DNA from: Pseudomonadota bacterium
GTDB taxonomy: Bacteria; Pseudomonadota; Alphaproteobacteria; Micavibrionales; Micavibrionaceae
Length of the DNA stretch: 64,000 nt
Reading direction: 5' to 3'
Assembly: GCA_040386235.1 (NCBI GenBank)
Contig: JAZKGA010000001.1
Span: 1,090,428-1,154,427, forward strand
The stretch's first letter is position 1. Every line of letters begins with the position of its first letter. The notes under the pieces are model-generated. The model ran no database searches and was not told where the DNA came from. It saw only the letters and a list, made by a program, of their open reading frames with translations. A program made the translations under genes and the position numbers. Shown here piece by piece: positions 59,730-64,000 of the stretch.

Positions 59730-60925
59730 TGTTTGACGGGTTTGAGGATGACGGCGACGTCCCTGACTTAAACACGGCACATACTGTGCCCGCATCTGCA
59801 CCGCTTACCTCTTTTGGCACGCCGCGCACCACATTTTTTCTGCGTGGGCATGAAGACGTTGAACAAAACCTGCTGCAACGTGCCGTTGAAAATCGCCTGC
59901 CTCAGGCCTTGCTTATTACTGGTCCCGAAGGCGTTGGAAAGGCGACGTTGGCTTTTCGACTGGCGCGTTTTTTGCTGTCTGGCCGTGGTCAGGCGGCGGA
60001 AGACGCAGGCCCCAGCCTGTTTGGCGATGATCCATTACCCGCCGTTCTTCCGACCACGCTGGACGTGCCTGCGGATGATCCAGCCGTACACCTGATCACC
60101 GCGACGGCCCATCCTGATTTGATGGTGATTGAGCGTGAGGTGAATGCCGAGAAGGGGACGCAAAAGGCCAGCATCGGTGCCGGACAAATTCGCGGCATTG
60201 CCGATCTGCTGCATCTGCGCCCCGCAACCGAAAATGGTTGGCGCGTTATTATTATTGACGATGCCGACACGATGACGATTGAGGCACAAAACAGCCTGTT
60301 AAAAATGTTGGAGGAGCCACCGCCACGTACCTTAATCATGCTGATTGCGCATCGACAGGGCCAGCTGCTTCCGACCATTTATTCGCGTGTGCAGAAAGTC
60401 CGAATGGATCATATATCACGCGAAGATTGCCTTTCTGTCCTGACCCATGATGGGAACTGGTCGCAAATTTCGACCGAAATGCAGAATATATGCATCATTT
60501 TGGGCAACAGGACGCCCGGACAGATTTTGCGTTTATTACCGGTTATTCAGGCGGACGGCTTATCATTATTGCTGGATGACATGCAGAAATTTGATCACAA
60601 TCCACCAGCCCACATGCCAACGCTGATTGAGCGAGCAGGGGGACAGCAGGGCGCAGATATGCCAATGTACACGCTGTTTGAACGCCTGTTGTTACGCATG
60701 GCGCATCTGGCAACCGTTCAGGGACACCATAACAGCCGACCTGCCGCGAACCTGCCGCCAGTCCTGCAGACAATGTATGACCGCCTGCGACAACGGCAGA
60801 CACCGGGGTCTTTACTCAAAACCTATGACCAACTGGACAGCGTGTTTTCCAAAACGCGCCAGCAAAACCTGGATCGCCGGGCCAGTGTCGCCACGGCTCT
60901 TTCCATCTGGCGCGGAAACGGTTAA
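59726..60925 (+). CDS. holB: DNA polymerase III subunit delta'
   Basis: 'LPQALLITGPEGVGKATLAFRLARFLL' and 'IIIDDADTMTIEAQNSLLKMLEEPP'. Confidence 0.88.
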   Translation: MMFDGFEDDGDVPDLNTAHTVPASAPLTSFGTPRTTFFLRGHEDVEQNLLQRAVENRLPQALLITGPEGVGKATLAFRLARFLLSGRGQAAEDAGPSLFGDDPLPAVLPTTLDVPADDPAVHLITATAHPDLMVIEREVNAEKGTQKASIGAGQIRGIADLLHLRPATENGWRVIIIDDADTMTIEAQNSLLKMLEEPPPRTLIMLIAHRQGQLLPTIYSRVQKVRMDHISREDCLSVLTHDGNWSQISTEMQNICIILGNRTPGQILRLLPVIQADGLSLLLDDMQKFDHNPPAHMPTLIERAGGQQGADMPMYTLFERLLLRMAHLATVQGHHNSRPAANLPPVLQTMYDRLRQRQTPGSLLKTYDQLDSVFSKTRQQNLDRRASVATALSIWRGNG

Positions 60926-60934
60926 AACAAAGCC

Positions 60935-61738
60935 ATGTGGATCGACTCGCACACGCATTTGAACAACGCCAAACTGGCCGAATATGGCACTGTCAGCCAG
61001 GTTGTCGCGGCAGCTAATCAGGCTGGCGTGCAAGGCATACTGACCATCAATTGCCGCATGCGTGATGAATTTCCTGAAGTGGTCGGTATTGCCAACGCGC
61101 ACCGCAATGTGTGGTGCAGCTTGGGCACGCACCCGCATGATGCTGGGAATGCTCAGGAAAAAACGGTGACGACCCAGGATATCATCGACTTGGTCAACCA
61201 GAACAAAAAGGTTATCGGGCTGGGTGAAACGGGTCTGGATTACTTTTACACGCACAGCACGCCGGAAGATCAGGCGACATCGTTCCGCAAGCATATCCAT
61301 GCGGCGATCGCATGCGACCTGCCGTTAATCATCCACGCACGCGATGCGGATCAGGATACAATTCAGATATTAAGAGAAGAGGGGGCGGGCGTAAACCCAC
61401 GCCTGCGCGGTGTTATGCACTGCTTCTCCAGCACACGGTGGATGGCGGAACAAGCCCTGGATATCGGTTTTTATATTAGCCTGTCCGGTATCGTCACTTT
61501 TCCGAAAAGCACGGATCTGCAAAGTATAGCGCGCGATGTGCCGGTTGATCGGTTGCTGGTTGAAACCGACGCGCCGTATCTGGCGCCTATGCCCCATCGT
61601 GGCAAAACAAACCAGCCGGCGCTTGTAACACATACAGGCGCCTATGTCGCGGACCTTAAGGGGATGAGCGTGTCAGCCATGGCGGCGCAAACCACGCAGA
61701 ACTTCTTCACCCTGTTTAATCGGGCGAAGGACGCATGA
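60935..61738 (+). CDS. TatD-family metal-dependent hydrolase
   Basis: 'WIDSHTHL', 'IGLGETGLDY', 'LPLIIHARDA', 'GVMHCFS' and 'LLVETDAPYL'. Confidence 0.92.
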   Translation: MWIDSHTHLNNAKLAEYGTVSQVVAAANQAGVQGILTINCRMRDEFPEVVGIANAHRNVWCSLGTHPHDAGNAQEKTVTTQDIIDLVNQNKKVIGLGETGLDYFYTHSTPEDQATSFRKHIHAAIACDLPLIIHARDADQDTIQILREEGAGVNPRLRGVMHCFSSTRWMAEQALDIGFYISLSGIVTFPKSTDLQSIARDVPVDRLLVETDAPYLAPMPHRGKTNQPALVTHTGAYVADLKGMSVSAMAAQTTQNFFTLFNRAKDA

Positions 61739-62559
61739 GCGGCCGTAACGGCGGCGAGATTGTCATCCTGGGATGCAGTGGATCCGGCGGCGTGCCGCGC
61801 AGCGGGAACGACTGGGGGATTTGTGATCCAGCCAATCCGAAAAACCGCCGGACCCGGCCCAGCATACTGATCCGCAGCGGTCACAGCAGCGTTGTGATCG
61901 ACAGTGGCCCTGATTTCCGCGAACAAACCTGCCGCGAAAACATCACACGTATTGACGCGCTAATCTTCACGCATGTTCATACTGACCATACGGCTGGCAT
62001 CGACGATATTCGCCCATATTGGGAAAATCAGGGATTGAAGGATGCTGGCGAAGGCTTCCCGATATTTGCGGATCAGGTCAGCCTGGACGACCTGCACCAC
62101 CGATTTAATTATTTGTTCAGCAGCCGCAGCACGTTGTATCCACGTCGCCTGCACCCTCATGTGATACGTGATGACCAGATGGGGCAAGAATTGTCTGTCA
62201 CCGCTGATTTAAGCGTTATTCCATTCATTCAGATTCACGGTAATAATCAAAGGTCATTGGGGTTTCGGATCGGGAATGTGGGATACAGCACAGATATGAC
62301 AGACCTGGATGCCGCGGCCATTAACGTTTTGCAAGGTATTGATACCTGGGTTGCCGATGGGAATAATTATTATCAGGAGAAATCCTATGTTCATGCAAAT
62401 AAAGAAACACTGCTGCGGTTGCAAGCGCAGATCAAGCCGAAGCAGATTTTCCTGACGCATCTGGATCATAAATTGGATTACGCGCAGATGAGAGCTGATT
62501 TACCTGATGGCTTTGCGCCAGCTTATGATGGATTAGTTATTCCGTTTAAAGTGGATTAG
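61735..62559 (+). CDS. MBL-fold metallo-hydrolase
   Basis: The HxHxDH motif 'FTHVHTDHTAGIDD'. It follows tatD, as is common in Alphaproteobacteria. Confidence 0.85.
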   Translation: MSGRNGGEIVILGCSGSGGVPRSGNDWGICDPANPKNRRTRPSILIRSGHSSVVIDSGPDFREQTCRENITRIDALIFTHVHTDHTAGIDDIRPYWENQGLKDAGEGFPIFADQVSLDDLHHRFNYLFSSRSTLYPRRLHPHVIRDDQMGQELSVTADLSVIPFIQIHGNNQRSLGFRIGNVGYSTDMTDLDAAAINVLQGIDTWVADGNNYYQEKSYVHANKETLLRLQAQIKPKQIFLTHLDHKLDYAQMRADLPDGFAPAYDGLVIPFKVD

Positions 62560-62611
62560 CGCGGATGAAATAACCTGTATTAAGGCATTCCCCCGCGCCA
62601 CCACATCTATT

Positions 62612-62639
62612 AATTTACATAATATATATTATAACTCTT
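62612..62639 (+). other. Weak dif-like sequence (site 1)
   Basis: AATTTACATAATATATATTATAACTCTT. Positions 7-21 match E. coli dif (GGTGCGCATAATGTATATTATGTTAAAT, recalled) at 14 of 15 positions. The outer arms do not match. Confidence 0.2.
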
Positions 62640-62654
62640 TTATCCTGCGCCAGT

Positions 62655-63116
62655 CTAAACATTATAAACCAGAATACCGTATTGTTTGTTGTGATCATAG
62701 CTCGCATCATCAGATACTTTTGTGGAACCATCATGTTTATTAAGGTGCTGGCGCAATTTACCACTCTCAACATCTGCCGTAACAATGTAAATATCCTGGT
62801 TATCAAACCGGTGCTTTAAAGTTTGGAGCGAGATATTGGTATTGGATTCGGTCATCAGCTTATGCACTTCCGCAGATGTTGCTAAGCGCAGCTTCGCATC
62901 TTGGATTTGATTTGGCTCAATACCCAGATTAACCGTTTCCAGATAATATTCTCTCAGTTCAAACTGCAATAATTTTGCAATGCTGGCCAACGAGCCAGAC
63001 TGGTTATTAAAATAGCGCTTAAATTCGAACACCGGATTTACAGGGTATCTCAGGCCAGGATCAATAGCCTCTTCATTTCCGGTACTGCCAGGCAATGCTG
63101 TCGTTATGAATGTCAT
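62655..63116 (-). CDS. Hypothetical protein in the low-GC insert
   Basis: 153-aa ORF with no recognised family. A hand count over 62641-63120 gives 199 G+C in 480 nt (about 41 percent), clearly lower than the flanks. Confidence 0.5.
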   Translation of the reverse strand: MTFITTALPGSTGNEEAIDPGLRYPVNPVFEFKRYFNNQSGSLASIAKLLQFELREYYLETVNLGIEPNQIQDAKLRLATSAEVHKLMTESNTNISLQTLKHRFDNQDIYIVTADVESGKLRQHLNKHDGSTKVSDDASYDHNKQYGILVYNV

Positions 63117-63140
63117 TTTATGTTCCTTCTAATTTTCTAA

Positions 63141-63168
63141 TGGATATACATACGATATTATGTAATGT
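63141..63168 (+). other. Weak dif-like sequence (site 2, XerD-arm-like)
   Basis: TGGATATACATACGATATTATGTAATGT. The segment ATATTATGTAA matches 11 contiguous nt of B. subtilis dif (ACTTCCTAGAATATATATTATGTAAACT, recalled). The left arm does not match. Confidence 0.15.
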
Positions 63169-63251
63169 CAATAACTTTATTGCGATAACATATTCGTGAT
63201 TGTTAAGATAAAGCGTTTCATCGTCGCGAAGAGTTATGATATGTAGTTTTC

Positions 63252-63632
63252 ATGAAAACTGTTGACCACACAAACCCAATGATTTCCGCTCTTGATCTGC
63301 GTAAGCGCGCCACAGAAATCGGCTTTGAATACGCGACTCTTCTGGATGTCTGCGATAATATTGCCGATGAATTGAATGAGTTACGGGACGCATTAGCACG
63401 CAATAATCCTCAACACATTCAAGAAGAGATTGGCGATGTCTTGTTCGCAGCCGTCAATATTGCTTATCGGTGTGGCGTTTGCCCATCCGAAAGCTTGGCA
63501 TACAGCAATGAAAAGTTTAAGGCGCGTTTTGATCTGCTGGTGAAAGAGATAGCGTCTCGTGGAGTTCAACAATCACAGCTTTCTTTGGCCGACATGCACC
63601 CTATCTGGCGTGAAATCAAACAGAAGAGCTAA
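63252..63632 (+). CDS. mazG: MazG-family nucleoside triphosphate pyrophosphohydrolase, single (C-terminal-type) domain
   Basis: 'IGFEYATLLDVCDNIADELNELRDAL...IQEEIGDVLFAAVNIAYRCGV...SNEKFKARF...MHPIWREIKQK' is collinear with the C-terminal half of E. coli MazG ('VGFDW...EEEMGDLLFATVNLARHLG...ANEKFERRF...MEEVWQQVKRQE'). Confidence 0.8.
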   Translation: MKTVDHTNPMISALDLRKRATEIGFEYATLLDVCDNIADELNELRDALARNNPQHIQEEIGDVLFAAVNIAYRCGVCPSESLAYSNEKFKARFDLLVKEIASRGVQQSQLSLADMHPIWREIKQKS

Positions 63633-64000
63633 GCGTCGTTACAATATAAAGACCTGTATTGCCCCCACGCTTTATTATCCATCTGGCAGATAATAATCGT
63701 GCTGCCGTCATCTTGGGGCTGTGTTTCCAGGATGTGTGCGTTTTGGTACAGCCAGGCAAGGGCCTTTCCCTCCCCCGCCGGGATTGTGATGTTTAATGTA
63801 TGACGTTCACCGCCCAGCGTCGTGATAATCTGTGACTGCAGGGTGTCAATCCCCTGCCCGGTCAGCGCGGAAACGGGTACGGCCGGATGGCCACTAAATG
63901 TCGTGTCCAGGCCGTCATCCGCCATTTTACCGTCAGGCAGCATATCGCATTTATTCAAGACCTCAATAATCCGCGTATCCGTCTCGTAATCAATACCAAG
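63629..64000 (-). CDS. hflX: GTPase HflX, C-terminal part (gene continues beyond the window)
   Basis: The frame is open to the window edge. It has the G4 motif 'VLNKCDML', 'VPVSALTGQGIDTL' and a C-terminal domain. It overlaps the mazG stop by 4 nt. Confidence 0.75.
   Translation of the reverse strand, partial: LGIDYETDTRIIEVLNKCDMLPDGKMADDGLDTTFSGHPAVPVSALTGQGIDTLQSQIITTLGGERHTLNITIPAGEGKALAWLYQNAHILETQPQDDGSTIIICQMDNKAWGQYRSLYCNDA

Overview
The window reads as a chromosomal segment from an Alphaproteobacterium. Supporting markers are CcrM, a PopZ/DUF2497 protein next to valS, an F0 ATP-synthase operon with both b and b' subunits, an NDUFS4-like protein, a DUF721-mutY pair and a ruvCAB-ybgC-tolQRAB block. 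I cannot place it more precisely. About 80 percent is tightly packed housekeeping DNA. This includes valS, rpmE, fba-gap-tkt, zapA-6S RNA-5-formyl-THF cyclo-ligase, ymdB, yebC, ruvCAB, tolQRAB, rppH, ctpA, rlmH/rsfS/nadD, atpIBEF'F, smc, efp, mutY, ccrM, rnhB, pepN, obg, rpmA/rplU, mltB/rlpA/dacC, tmk/holB/tatD and five tRNAs. I saw no rRNA, CRISPR array, transposase, integrase or phage structural gene. Three stretches look accessory. (1) 2.3-6.8 kb is bounded by tRNAs and holds four orphan minus-strand genes plus a divergent gene. One orphan carries an HExxH-x18-E metallopeptidase signature. The divergent gene resembles the thymidine-hypermodification (5-hmdU kinase helical / aGPT-pyrophosphorylase-like) family. 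(2) 50.6-54.9 kb, between rplU and tRNA-Ser, holds two tandem paralogous cysteine-containing secreted proteins, a membrane-anchored orphan and another orphan. (3) 62.56-63.25 kb is a low-GC insert carrying one orphan gene. It is bracketed by two weak dif-like sequences and abuts a mazG that retains only the C-terminal MazG domain. Non-coding observations are a 6S RNA candidate in the zapA/ygfA-like gap, six GANTC (CcrM) sites within about 90 bp upstream of ccrM, a promoter plus SD-overlapping hairpin in front of the HExxH gene, and a terminator-like hairpin between a consensus SD and the obg start codon. All family assignments come from reading the translated ORFs and recalling motifs. No database search was run.
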